Origin: Candidatus Latescibacterota bacterium
Lineage (GTDB): Bacteria; Latescibacterota; UBA2968
DNA: 64,000 bases
Assembly: GCA_965205975.1 (NCBI GenBank)
Contig: OZ242195.1
Span: 1,248,001-1,312,000, forward strand
Reading direction: 5' to 3'
Positions within the stretch are counted from its first letter, which is position 1, and each line of letters starts with the position of its first letter. Position numbers and translations under genes: made by a program. The notes below the pieces were generated by a model. The model was not told where the DNA came from, did not search any database, and was given only the letters and a program-made list of their open reading frames with translations. Shown here in pieces: positions 9,746 through 19,073 of this stretch.

Positions 9746-10735
9746 ATGGCAGTGCAGTGTATTCATCTGGGTGTTGGTGGCAGAGGAAAGTGGCCGGTTG
9801 CTATGTTTGCCGAGCGGGATGATGTGGAGAGCGTGGCTTTTGTCGATGTTGACGAAGGCAATATGAATGCCGCTATGGAAGTGTCGGGTTTGCCCGAGTC
9901 GAGATGTTTTAGAACGCTTGAACAAGCCATGAACAATGTGGAATCGGATTGTGTAATTGTTATTACACCTCCAGATTCCCATGTGGATATGATTTTGGAA
10001 GCGGTTAGAGCGGGTAAGCACGTTCTGGTCGAAAAGCCTTTTACAAAGACCCTGGCGTCGGCAAAGCATGTTGTGGAGGAGGCCGATCGCATGGGGGTCA
10101 AAGTGGGGGTGAGCCAAAATGCCAAATACAATCCGGCGACGATGACACTATCGCGCCACTTGAGAGAAGAGACGTATGGCAAGGCGAGTTTCGGGCTTTT
10201 CACCAAGATTGGTTGGCGCAGCAAGGGGGTACACCATTCGGGTCACGACGATCATTCTTATTTGTGGGAGCGCGGGATTCACGATCTGGATACCATGCGA
10301 TATATTATGGGCGTGTTGCCCGTGCGGATGTGGGCACATAGCTTTAATCCACCCTGGAGTCCGTATAAGGGCGGAGCAGGAGTTTCCGGATGGGTGGAGT
10401 TTGATGGGGGAGCGACTGCGACCTATTTTGCGACTTTTGAACCGCATAAATCGGGCGGGGAAACCCGGGTAGATGTGGATGAAGGTACGCTTTCCCTTGA
10501 GGGGGGCAATCTCGTTTTGACGCGCCGCAAAGCCGATCCCGAAATATTGCCTCTGGACGCGGGTCCTACTTCCACAGATCTGATTGTCAATCAATTTGTC
10601 GCGTGGATCAATGGCGGTGAAGAACCCGAGTTTTCAGGGCGCAATAATCTGGTGACTGTGGCGATGGTCGAGGGGATGGGCATTTCCTCAGAGTCCGGGC
10701 GGATTGTGTCGCTCAAGGAGTTTGTGAATGTGTGA
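9746..10735 (+). CDS. Gfo/Idh/MocA-family oxidoreductase
   Basis: GVGGRG Rossmann motif, GKHVLVEKP, GIHDLD; RBS AGGAGG. Confidence 0.9.
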   Translation: MAVQCIHLGVGGRGKWPVAMFAERDDVESVAFVDVDEGNMNAAMEVSGLPESRCFRTLEQAMNNVESDCVIVITPPDSHVDMILEAVRAGKHVLVEKPFTKTLASAKHVVEEADRMGVKVGVSQNAKYNPATMTLSRHLREETYGKASFGLFTKIGWRSKGVHHSGHDDHSYLWERGIHDLDTMRYIMGVLPVRMWAHSFNPPWSPYKGGAGVSGWVEFDGGATATYFATFEPHKSGGETRVDVDEGTLSLEGGNLVLTRRKADPEILPLDAGPTSTDLIVNQFVAWINGGEEPEFSGRNNLVTVAMVEGMGISSESGRIVSLKEFVNV

Positions 10736-10768
10736 GCAGGGCGTTGCCATCATCCGGATGAGAGATAC

Positions 10769-11818
10769 ATGAACTATATCGGAAGCAAGTACTCTCTGCG
10801 TGACTTTCTCGAAGCGGGTATCCTGAAAAATGTAAATTCGGACTGTAAGGTATTCTGCGATGTGTTTGCGGGGACTGGCGTTGTGGGGGCGCATTTTAAG
10901 CAGAAGGGCTTCAAGATTATCTCTAACGACATTCAGTACTACGCCTATTGTCTCAACCGCGCACTTGTAGGTATTAGTCAAGTACCCGCATTTGCTGGCG
11001 TTCTGGATGATCTGATACCAGATGCAACTGACGTTGTATTCGAATATCTCAATAACCTCAATGGAAAATCCGGCTTTATCTATCGCAATTATTGCCCGGG
11101 GGGAACAGAGGGGACAGAGTTTAAGAGACAGTATTTTTCTGATGAGAATGGCATGCGGTGTGATGCGATTCGGATGCAGATTGAAGACTGGTGGCAGGTG
11201 GGAAAATTGACGGAAGATGAGTATTTTTACCTTCTGGCGAGTTTGATCGATGCGGCAGACCGGGTTGCAAATACGGCGTCAGTCTATGGTGCGTTTTTGA
11301 AGCATATCAAGAAAAGTGCTCTGAAACCTCTGCAACTGAAGCGGCTTGTCATTGTTGAGAGCGATGAAAAACACGAAGTACACAATGTGAATGGGCAAGC
11401 GTTGGTCGAGAGACTGTCTTGCGATGTGCTGTATATGGACCCGCCCTATAATCATCGCCAGTACTGTGCGAATTACCATGTGCTGGAGACGATTGCGCGG
11501 TATGATGAGCCGGCCTTGAAAGGTGTGACGGGGCTGCGGCCACAGGACGATCAAAAGTCGGATTTTTGTATGAAGAGACGGGCTTTACTCGCGTTTGATG
11601 ATATGGTTAAAAAGACTTCGGCGCGATATGTATTCCTCAGCTATAATAGCGAGGGGATTATGGGTAAGGATGAGATTTTGCAGACAATGGGGCAATACGG
11701 AGAGGTGGATTTAATGACGCGGGATTACCAGCGTTTTCGGGCGGATGTAGATCGGGAAAACCGGGTTTATAAAGCAGACCAGGTGGAGGAGTATCTGTTC
11801 TGTCTAAATAAGCAGTGA
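10769..11818 (+). CDS. D12-class N6-adenine DNA methyltransferase, M.NlaIII/M.HpyI-like, orphan
   Basis: Starts MNYIGSK; FCDVFAGTGVVG (motif I), NTASVYGAFLK, YMDPPYN (motif IV), FLSYNSEG; recalled similarity to the CATG-specific M.NlaIII family. Confidence 0.9.
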   Translation: MNYIGSKYSLRDFLEAGILKNVNSDCKVFCDVFAGTGVVGAHFKQKGFKIISNDIQYYAYCLNRALVGISQVPAFAGVLDDLIPDATDVVFEYLNNLNGKSGFIYRNYCPGGTEGTEFKRQYFSDENGMRCDAIRMQIEDWWQVGKLTEDEYFYLLASLIDAADRVANTASVYGAFLKHIKKSALKPLQLKRLVIVESDEKHEVHNVNGQALVERLSCDVLYMDPPYNHRQYCANYHVLETIARYDEPALKGVTGLRPQDDQKSDFCMKRRALLAFDDMVKKTSARYVFLSYNSEGIMGKDEILQTMGQYGEVDLMTRDYQRFRADVDRENRVYKADQVEEYLFCLNKQ

Positions 11819-11830
11819 GGTACAGGACAG

Positions 11831-12967
11831 TTGATAGATCGGATCACATATATTGCGTCGTTTTTGGTGCTATCCTTCGCTACTTACTTTCCATCTCAAA
11901 TACAGGGTAGGACAATGATTGTTGCAACGCAGAGTTCATCGGAAAAGTCAAAAGCTGCAGCCGATTTTGTGGGCGATGGAGTGGGCGACCAGGAGGAGAT
12001 TTACGCGGCGATTCACGCGCTGCCAGCATCCGGTGGGACGGTGACGTTGATGGAGGGAACGTATGATATCCGCAAGGTGGAGGGCACGTTAGGGGGAGTG
12101 ATTATTGATCGCAGCAATGTGACACTAATAGGGCAGGGTGCAGCCACGCGGTTGATTCTGGCGCCGGATCAGAATACCAATGTGATCCGAATTATCGGGA
12201 ATGGCGTGGGAAATATTGTGATTCGGGATCTTTGGGTGGATCAAAATCGGGATCAGAACCCATATAATGGAGCGGAGTTTGTAAATATTTCTCACGGACG
12301 GTTTGAGTATAATGGCATTAAAGCATTTTGTGCAGAGCCGGGTGGGTCCTGTCCGGAGCCGACACACAATATTACGATTGAGAATTGTACGGTGCTGAAC
12401 GCGCAGAGGCTGGGCATTATGCTGGAAGGTCCCAATATGCGGGTGGTGAATAACCGTCTGGGCAATGCCCATTCCGATGCGGTAGAGTTGCTGACGGGTC
12501 CGGGCTTTGTGATGGGAAATTTTGTAGAGATTACCGGGCGCACGCATGTGGCGGTGGGTTCTGATCGCGGAAATTCGATCATTATGGCAAATAATGTCGT
12601 GCATGTGCGAGAGGGGGGCGACCTGGATATTGCTTTTCGGTCCTGGGCAGATTCCGAGCGGCATGTGATTTCCAATAATATTGTTATGGTGGATCAGGGT
12701 GGAAAGCTGGGTCTGGCGATGGATGTGCGTGGGTTTGATACGTCTATTACGGGGAATGTGATTCGGGGGCGCGACGAGGCGGAGCGTCTGCCGATGTGGC
12801 TTACTGGCGCGGGTATGGCGGTAACAGGCAATCATTTTCAGAATGTGGAACTGATTGTAAACGACCAGACCGGTACGAATCGCCCGATTTTGATTCGGGG
12901 CAATGTGATGGAAAATTCTGGTATCTCACATGAAGTAGGGAACCTGATTCGCCCGGAGGGAGATTGA
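11831..12967 (+). CDS. Secreted right-handed parallel beta-helix protein (pectin-lyase-like fold)
   Basis: Signal-like N-terminus; GDGVGDQEEIYAAI...GGTVTLMEGTY; SNVTLIGQG; repeated I/V-x-N-N-x-I/V strands. Confidence 0.75.
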   Translation: MIDRITYIASFLVLSFATYFPSQIQGRTMIVATQSSSEKSKAAADFVGDGVGDQEEIYAAIHALPASGGTVTLMEGTYDIRKVEGTLGGVIIDRSNVTLIGQGAATRLILAPDQNTNVIRIIGNGVGNIVIRDLWVDQNRDQNPYNGAEFVNISHGRFEYNGIKAFCAEPGGSCPEPTHNITIENCTVLNAQRLGIMLEGPNMRVVNNRLGNAHSDAVELLTGPGFVMGNFVEITGRTHVAVGSDRGNSIIMANNVVHVREGGDLDIAFRSWADSERHVISNNIVMVDQGGKLGLAMDVRGFDTSITGNVIRGRDEAERLPMWLTGAGMAVTGNHFQNVELIVNDQTGTNRPILIRGNVMENSGISHEVGNLIRPEGD

Positions 12968-12969
12968 GC

Positions 12970-13077
12970 ATGGGAGAAAATGAACTGTCATGGGAATTTA
13001 TTCCCGGTAGCGGTGGTGTGATATGCTATATCGCCGCACCCGATGGCGTCAGTATTGAGCTTGTTCAGGCGAGGTAG
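12970..13077 (+). pseudogene. 35-codon remnant resembling the C-terminus of a VOC/glyoxalase protein
   Basis: Manual translation MGENELSWEFIPGSGGVICYIAAPDGVSIELVQAR*; the ..YIxxPDGxxIELVQ ending is typical of VOC folds. Confidence 0.5.
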
Positions 13078-13178
13078 CGTTGATTGGTAGAGCACGCTGT
13101 GGATAAAATAGCATCTTGCCTCCTAAAGCCATCTGTATTATGTTTAGAATAGGTTATGAGAACTCCAAAGGAGTCTTT

Positions 13179-13490
13179 ATGTCTCAGAAAATTACTGATG
13201 TAATAGGTGCAGACGATCAGTCTGATGTGCTGAAAACCATGGCACAACAAGAACTTGCCAGAGCAAAAAAAAAGATTCAAGCCATCAATGAAGATGTACT
13301 GAACTCCGAGGGACTTACTGACGATGAGGCAGATGCTGCTATTGAAGCAGGACTGATAGCAGCAGATCAAAAATACTGGTGGCTTGAAGAGTGGCAGAAG
13401 CATCATCGAAAAGCGGAAGAGGATATTAAAAAAGGATGTGTCAAGGAGTTTGATAGCCCCGAAGCATTTCTCAATTCCCTGCCTTCATGA
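13179..13490 (+). CDS. Putative type II antitoxin
   Basis: RBS AAGGAG before ATG 13179; acidic; C-terminal DQKYWWLEEWQ...AEEDIKKG..KEFDS; stop overlaps toxin start (ATGA). Confidence 0.7.
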   Translation: MSQKITDVIGADDQSDVLKTMAQQELARAKKKIQAINEDVLNSEGLTDDEADAAIEAGLIAADQKYWWLEEWQKHHRKAEEDIKKGCVKEFDSPEAFLNSLPS

Positions 13491-13744
13491 GATATATCCA
13501 AACCAACCAATTCAGGGAGGCATTTGCAAAGCTCCCGCAACACATCCAACAACGAGCCAAAAAACAACTCGCCCTCTTTTTTCAAGATTATCGTTACCCC
13601 TCCTTGCAAACTAAAAAGATGGAAGGTCACAATGACCTTTTTGAAGGTAGAGTTACCAGAGGCTACCGCTTTATCTATCGCATTACTGGTGATATTTGTT
13701 ATATCATTGATATTGGTACACATGATATTCTAAACCGATATTAA
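13487..13744 (+). CDS. RelE/ParE-superfamily toxin
   Basis: 85 aa, basic; F..L...IQ, YPSLQTKKMEG, EGRVTRGYRFIY, IGTHDIL. Confidence 0.8.
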   Translation: MRYIQTNQFREAFAKLPQHIQQRAKKQLALFFQDYRYPSLQTKKMEGHNDLFEGRVTRGYRFIYRITGDICYIIDIGTHDILNRY

Positions 13745-13774
13745 TTATTTGTGTCGGAAAAAAGGAGATTTGAT

Positions 13775-14671
13775 ATGTCAGAACAGAACTATCGCGTTGC
13801 GCCGCTGGGGTTTACGCGGGATCAGTGGGAGGAATTTCAAGAGGATGGCATGCTCGTTGTGGAAGACGCGTTGACAGACGAAGAATGCGATCGCTATATC
13901 GAGATGATGGATGCTGCGGCTGCCCGTAGTGAAAAATACGATCCCGGTAAATTTTTTGGTCCAAACAATATCGTGGAGCGGTATCCGGAATTTGCCGAGT
14001 TGATCGATCATCCCCGGCATATCGGCTTTATGCACGATGTGTATGGCGAATTGTTAAAACTCCATATTTCTCAATTTTTCTTGCGTCCTCGCGATACGAG
14101 CCGCAACAAATGGCATCCCGATGGCGCGCGCGCTTTGCCCTATGGCGTTTTTTCACCGGTTTTGCCCATACAAATCAAAGTGGCGTATTGGCTGACTGAT
14201 CTTCCCGAGCCGGATATGGGAAATTTTGTCTATATGCCCGGCAGTCATAAAGGGCAGTATTTTGATTTTTACGATACCCATGATGAAGTTCCCGGCGAAA
14301 AAGTAATTTGTCCAAAGCGCGGCACGATGACGTTTATGCACTGCAATACCTGGCATCGCGTGGCACCCAATAATACGGATGTTGTGAGAAAAAATATCTT
14401 TTTGGCTTATTGTCCATCGTGGGTTTGCGAAGCGGACCGGCACCAATGTGATCCCGGTTGGCTCGCTACACTGAACCGCGAACAGCGCATTATTATGCGT
14501 AGCTACAATAGTGGCTATGCGAGGACCAAGCCCGCAGCCAGTGAATTTCCGCTCTTTCTGGATCGGGAAACGGGTTCTGATCGAGACTATGGCGTTTGGC
14601 CCGATCACGTTGAGTTGCATCGGCGCAAACGCATGACCACAGTTGAAAAATTTGAGTTGGCATCTACTTGA
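13775..14671 (+). CDS. Phytanoyl-CoA dioxygenase (PhyH)-family Fe(II)/2OG oxygenase
   Basis: FQEDGMLVVEDAL, WHPD (HxD), PGSHK, TWHR...N....R; RBS AAGGAG. Confidence 0.85.
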   Translation: MSEQNYRVAPLGFTRDQWEEFQEDGMLVVEDALTDEECDRYIEMMDAAAARSEKYDPGKFFGPNNIVERYPEFAELIDHPRHIGFMHDVYGELLKLHISQFFLRPRDTSRNKWHPDGARALPYGVFSPVLPIQIKVAYWLTDLPEPDMGNFVYMPGSHKGQYFDFYDTHDEVPGEKVICPKRGTMTFMHCNTWHRVAPNNTDVVRKNIFLAYCPSWVCEADRHQCDPGWLATLNREQRIIMRSYNSGYARTKPAASEFPLFLDRETGSDRDYGVWPDHVELHRRKRMTTVEKFELAST

Positions 14672-15630
14672 TGCAGGAGGCTGTTGTGAAGGTTTTGATT
14701 AATGATCGCCTGGACGATCATCACCTAAGGCAGATTCAATCGTCGGTTGAGGATATCGATCTGGTCATCCCCGATTCAAGTGACGATGCGCTGGAAATTA
14801 TGCCCGAAATTGATATCGTTTTTGGGGGTATGAGCCGCGATATGTTCAAACGCGCCGAACGCTTGAAGTGGGTGCAGACCTGGGGCGCGGGCGTCGATGG
14901 GATGATGTATGCCGAGTTTGTCCATAGTGAGGTGATTCTGACGAGTGCAAAGGGCACTGTAGGCGTTCATTTGTCGGAACACGCGATGGCTCTTTTGCTT
15001 GGATTGACCCGAGGAATTGCACGCGCGATCAGAACGGCTGATTGGGATGAGCGCATGCCGATCCGCCACGCATCGTGGGAATTGATCGATAAAACAATGG
15101 GAATTGTGGGATTGGGGGGCACGGGATGCGATGTCGCTATTCGAGCGCATGCGTTTGGCATGAGAATTATAGCTGTTGATCCAGAGGACGTCGAGGTGCC
15201 AGACTGTGTAGAGGCCTGCTGGAAGATGGATCGCTTTTACGATCTTTTATCCGCGTCTGATGTCGTGGTGGTCTGCTGCCCACTGACCGAGGAAACGCGC
15301 GGGCTTTTCGACCACCTGGCATTTGAGAAGATGCAGAATCACGCGCTTTTGGTCAATGTCACGCGGGGTAAAATTATGGATGAGGCATCTCTGGTCAAAG
15401 CATTGACAAGCAGGCAGATTGCCGGGGCGGGGTTGGATGTGACGCCGCAAGAGCCATTGCCTGATAGTCATCCGCTGTGGCATATGCCCAATGTTATTAT
15501 CACACCTCATACTGCGGGAGGCTCTCCCAATAGGCAGAACCGTATTGTGAATCTGTTTTGCGAAAACTTGCGGCGTTTTCTAAATGGGGAAGATATGCTG
15601 AGTGTAATCGATAAAAATAAGGGGTATTGA
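14668..15630 (+). CDS. D-2-hydroxyacid dehydrogenase family
   Basis: GAGVD, GIVGLGGTG, PLTEETRGL, NVTRG, AGLDV..EPLP, TPHTAG. Confidence 0.92.
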   Translation: MMQEAVVKVLINDRLDDHHLRQIQSSVEDIDLVIPDSSDDALEIMPEIDIVFGGMSRDMFKRAERLKWVQTWGAGVDGMMYAEFVHSEVILTSAKGTVGVHLSEHAMALLLGLTRGIARAIRTADWDERMPIRHASWELIDKTMGIVGLGGTGCDVAIRAHAFGMRIIAVDPEDVEVPDCVEACWKMDRFYDLLSASDVVVVCCPLTEETRGLFDHLAFEKMQNHALLVNVTRGKIMDEASLVKALTSRQIAGAGLDVTPQEPLPDSHPLWHMPNVIITPHTAGGSPNRQNRIVNLFCENLRRFLNGEDMLSVIDKNKGY

Positions 15631-15719
15631 ATACGTTTTCTCTTGACACAATGTTACAAATATATTGATATTTACAACGAAGCAGGTGCTGGCGTGTATT
15701 ATTTAGTATAATTCTATGT

Positions 15720-15820
15720 ATTTAATGGTCTCGGGCAAGGGTGACCCGAGGTCATGTGCCCTTCTCCTAAGTAGGAATCCCTGTGTTGGGGTCACCGAAT
15801 CGGGAGAAGGGCGTTTTTTG
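15720..15820 (+). ncRNA. Candidate structured leader or small RNA ending in a terminator-like hairpin
   Basis: TATAAT at 15707-15712; hairpin 15727-15753; perfect 10-bp stem 15758-15767/15803-15812 followed by T6; no known family recognised. Confidence 0.4.
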
Positions 15821-15883
15821 TGTGGCAGCACCACAGTAAGGCGTTATATTAGGCGGTCAAAAAGGTAAGAAGGAGGTTTTTGA

Positions 15884-17830
15884 GTGGCTTTAGCAAGAGA
15901 AGCTGTTGTTCCAGAAACTGCCAGACCTGCCGTGACATTCCGCGCACTCGTTTTGGGTACTTTTCTCACGATGATGGCGACGATTGCCGGGTCTTACGCG
16001 AGATTTATTCTTCACACTACGAGGTTGGACCAAAACCATCTTTCAGTCGCTGCTGTTTTTCCCATTGTTGTGATCGCGCTCGTGCTTTTGCGCCCGCTCA
16101 AGCTGAGTCGGGGCGAGCTTATCGTCATGTTTTCTATGGCATTGATTGGCGCGACTATGCCCACGTATTTTGTCGGGAAATTGATCGCCAATTTTACGGT
16201 GCCGTACTATTTGGCAACGCCCGAGAATCAGTGGGCAACCTATTACGAACCCTATTTGCCAGAGTGGTCTATTCTGCCCGCGGGCGAATCTCTGCGATGG
16301 TTTTTTGAAGGGCTACCGCGCGGAGTTTCCGTGCCGTGGGATGCGTGGATTGTGCCCGTGTTCTGGTGGATGACCGTGATTGTGGCTTTTTATGGCTGCT
16401 GCCTTTTTTTAATGGTCATTCTGCGAAAGCAGTGGATAGAGCACGAACGCATTGATTATCCGCTGATGGAAATGCCTTTGGCTGTGATGGAGGAGGATAG
16501 ACGACAGGGCTTTTTTCCAATTCCCATTATGAATAACCCGTTGTTCTGGGCGGGCTTCAGTCTTACGTTGTGTATTATCCTGTGGAATGTCATTTCCTAT
16601 TTTAGTCCGACTTTTCCGACGATTCCATGGCGCTTTGCGAGTATTCAGTTTGGGCGCGAATTTCCCCCCATTCCCGTGCGTCTATATCTGATGGTTGTGG
16701 GCTTTGGGTATTTTATAAATCTGGATATTTCGCTGAGCCTGTGGGTGTTCAATGTGCTGACCAATCTGGAAAATGGCTTTTTTAACCGCTTTGGGCTAAA
16801 AGCCGGTACAGATGAAGAGTATTCCACAGGACCGCTGGCGATGGGTGCGCAATCCATGGGGGCATTTATTGTGGTGGTGCTCGTGGGCTTCTGGATGGCG
16901 CGCGGGCACTTGCGCGGGGTTTTTCGCAAGGCATTTTATCGCGATGATTCGGTTGACGATTCCGATGAGATCGTTTCGTATCGCACGGCGGTTTTTGGCC
17001 TTATGGCCTGTTCTGCCTACCTGATTGTGTGGCATTTGGCAACGGGCATGGCGTTTAAGTATATCCCAATTTTTCTTTTTGGTGCTCTGGTCATGTATCT
17101 GGGGATTACGCGGGTTATAGCAGAGACCGGTCTGATTTCTATTCGCGCCCCCCTGATGCCGCAACCTTTTGCCATGTTTGTAATGGGATCAGATGTGCTT
17201 TCGCAGCAGACGCAGGTTTCTATCGCGCTTTCGTATTCATGGTGCAGCGATACCAAAACCACAATCATGCCCGCGCTTGCCCATTCCGTAAAGCTTTACG
17301 ATACTATCCGGGTCAATCAGCGGAGGTTGATCATTCCCATTGTTCTGGCAATGGGTGCCGGGGTGTTGGCTACATTTGTCTATACAATTTATATGGGCTA
17401 TTTGAATGGCGCTGCAAATTACGGCGGTATTTTTCACGGAGGTCTCGCGCGGTTTCCCTGGGATAATCTGGTCAAGAAGTCAAAAGATCCATTTTCTGTG
17501 CAGTGGTTGCCTATTATGTATATGGGTATTGGCGCTGTGGTGACGCTGCTTTTTATGATTTTGCGCTATCGAGTCGCGTGGTGGCCGCTACATCCGATTG
17601 GATTTGCGGCTGGGCCGGTTTATCCGGTTAATAATGTCATTTTTGCAATTTTTCTCGCCTGGGCGATCAAGTCTATTGTTTTGCGGATTGGGGGCATTCG
17701 CGCCTATCGCACGGGTCGGCCTTTTTTTATTGGGCTTATTATGGGGCATTTTGTAGGAGCTGGCATTTCGTTTGTCGTCGATATGATCTGGTTTCCGGGA
17801 CAGGGGCATAGTATTCCGTTTTCGGATTAA
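15884..17830 (+). CDS. DUF6785/DUF6784-type multi-pass membrane protein (putative transporter)
   Basis: 648 aa, many TM helices; LRKQWIEHERIDYPL, RVIAETG, WWPLHPIGF, RPFFIGLIMG; RBS AGGAGG. Confidence 0.75.
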   Translation: MALAREAVVPETARPAVTFRALVLGTFLTMMATIAGSYARFILHTTRLDQNHLSVAAVFPIVVIALVLLRPLKLSRGELIVMFSMALIGATMPTYFVGKLIANFTVPYYLATPENQWATYYEPYLPEWSILPAGESLRWFFEGLPRGVSVPWDAWIVPVFWWMTVIVAFYGCCLFLMVILRKQWIEHERIDYPLMEMPLAVMEEDRRQGFFPIPIMNNPLFWAGFSLTLCIILWNVISYFSPTFPTIPWRFASIQFGREFPPIPVRLYLMVVGFGYFINLDISLSLWVFNVLTNLENGFFNRFGLKAGTDEEYSTGPLAMGAQSMGAFIVVVLVGFWMARGHLRGVFRKAFYRDDSVDDSDEIVSYRTAVFGLMACSAYLIVWHLATGMAFKYIPIFLFGALVMYLGITRVIAETGLISIRAPLMPQPFAMFVMGSDVLSQQTQVSIALSYSWCSDTKTTIMPALAHSVKLYDTIRVNQRRLIIPIVLAMGAGVLATFVYTIYMGYLNGAANYGGIFHGGLARFPWDNLVKKSKDPFSVQWLPIMYMGIGAVVTLLFMILRYRVAWWPLHPIGFAAGPVYPVNNVIFAIFLAWAIKSIVLRIGGIRAYRTGRPFFIGLIMGHFVGAGISFVVDMIWFPGQGHSIPFSD

Positions 17831-17871
17831 TCCGCAGATGAACGCAGATGAACGCAAATGAAAGGCAAGGG
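17829..17871 (+). repeat. Dispersed repeat with 10-bp tandem units (CGCAGATGAA), copy 1
   Basis: AATCCGCAGATGAACGCAGATGAACGCAAATGAAAGGCAAGGG; inverted copy at 21601-21644. Confidence 0.8.
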
Positions 17872-17915
17872 ATTGGGGGATCGTCTCACGCCTTGCGGGT
17901 GGCGGGGTTGGGCGG

Positions 17916-17940
17916 ACTGACAACTGATAACTGACAACTG
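17916..17940 (+). repeat. Heptamer tandem repeat (ACTGAYA)x3.5
   Basis: ACTGACA ACTGATA ACTGACA ACTG immediately before the RBS of 17951. Confidence 0.75.
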
Positions 17941-17950
17941 GAGTCTTGAA

Positions 17951-19042
17951 ATGAAAATTACAGGTATTGAACTCGACGCCGTGCAGGTCAATCACCGGGG
18001 GGATTGGGTGTTTGTACATGTACTTACGGATGAAGGCATCCAGGGTATAGGGGAGATGCGCTCGGGTAGCAATTATGCGGCGCAGTTGGCGGCTTTGCGC
18101 GATTTGGGCGAAGCGGCCAAAGGGTGCGATCCGAGAAGGATTGAGGCTTTTGTTTCTCGCTATACAAGCACAGAGCGCACAAAGGTGGAATTGTTTGCCT
18201 TGAGTGCGTTTGAACAAGCGCTATGGGATATTTTGGGCAAATCGCTCAATGTGCCAGTTCACGCGCTTTTGGGAGGCGCCTGTCGAGACGAGATCCGGCT
18301 GTATGCGAATATCAATCGGGCGACGACAGACCGTTCACCCGAGGGATTTGCCAGGAATGCCGCTGCTGCGGTGGCCGAGGGGTTTGATGCAGTCAAGTTG
18401 GATCCTTTTGACGGGGTACGCGGTGCCGACAATGCCAGAGATGCTGCCGGGGGAATTGCGTGTATGCGTGCAGTTCGTGAAGTCATAGGACCAGAGGTCG
18501 ATTTGCTCGTGGACTGTCACAGTAAGTTTACGGTTCGCGGCGCGCTTGAAGTTGCGGATGCGTTGCGCGATGTCAATCTGTTCTGGTTTGAGCAACCCAC
18601 ACCCGAATCGAGTCTCGACAATTGTCTCGCAGTAAAAGAAGGATGCGGACTGACGATTGCGGGAGGCGAGCAGCGGGGCTTGCGGCGGGATTGGGTTGAG
18701 GTGGTGGAGAATCTCAGTATGGATATTCCCATGCCCGATGTAACAGTTGTGGGTGGGATTGGCGAGTTAAAGAAAATAGGGGATATGCTCCACGCCTGGG
18801 GGCTGCCCACAGCGCCACATGGTCCCTTTGGTCCTGTGGTGATCGCGGCTGGCGTGCATGCGATGGCTTCTTTGCCGGGATTTCTCATTCTGGAATACGG
18901 ATGGGGAGAGATTCCCTGGCGAAAAGATCTGACCATTCCCGGCGAGGAGATTGTGAATGGACGCATTCGCATCAATGATCGCCCAGGCCTCGGCGTTGAA
19001 TTAAATCCCGAGATGGTTGAAAAGCACAGAGTTCAGGTGTAA
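17951..19042 (+). CDS. Mandelate racemase family, galactonate-dehydratase-like
   Basis: WVFVHVLTDEGIQGIGE, EQALWDILGK..VPVHALLGG..RDEIRLYAN, KLDPF, DCH, EQP, GE, APH, PGLGVE. Confidence 0.88.
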   Translation: MKITGIELDAVQVNHRGDWVFVHVLTDEGIQGIGEMRSGSNYAAQLAALRDLGEAAKGCDPRRIEAFVSRYTSTERTKVELFALSAFEQALWDILGKSLNVPVHALLGGACRDEIRLYANINRATTDRSPEGFARNAAAAVAEGFDAVKLDPFDGVRGADNARDAAGGIACMRAVREVIGPEVDLLVDCHSKFTVRGALEVADALRDVNLFWFEQPTPESSLDNCLAVKEGCGLTIAGGEQRGLRRDWVEVVENLSMDIPMPDVTVVGGIGELKKIGDMLHAWGLPTAPHGPFGPVVIAAGVHAMASLPGFLILEYGWGEIPWRKDLTIPGEEIVNGRIRINDRPGLGVELNPEMVEKHRVQV

Positions 19043-19073
19043 ATACAATACTGATAAAACAAAGGAGCATTTG

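Noticed and set aside
15725..15868. 47-codon leader peptide ORF across the structured leader
   Set aside because: No RBS and no run of regulatory codons; better explained as RNA structure.
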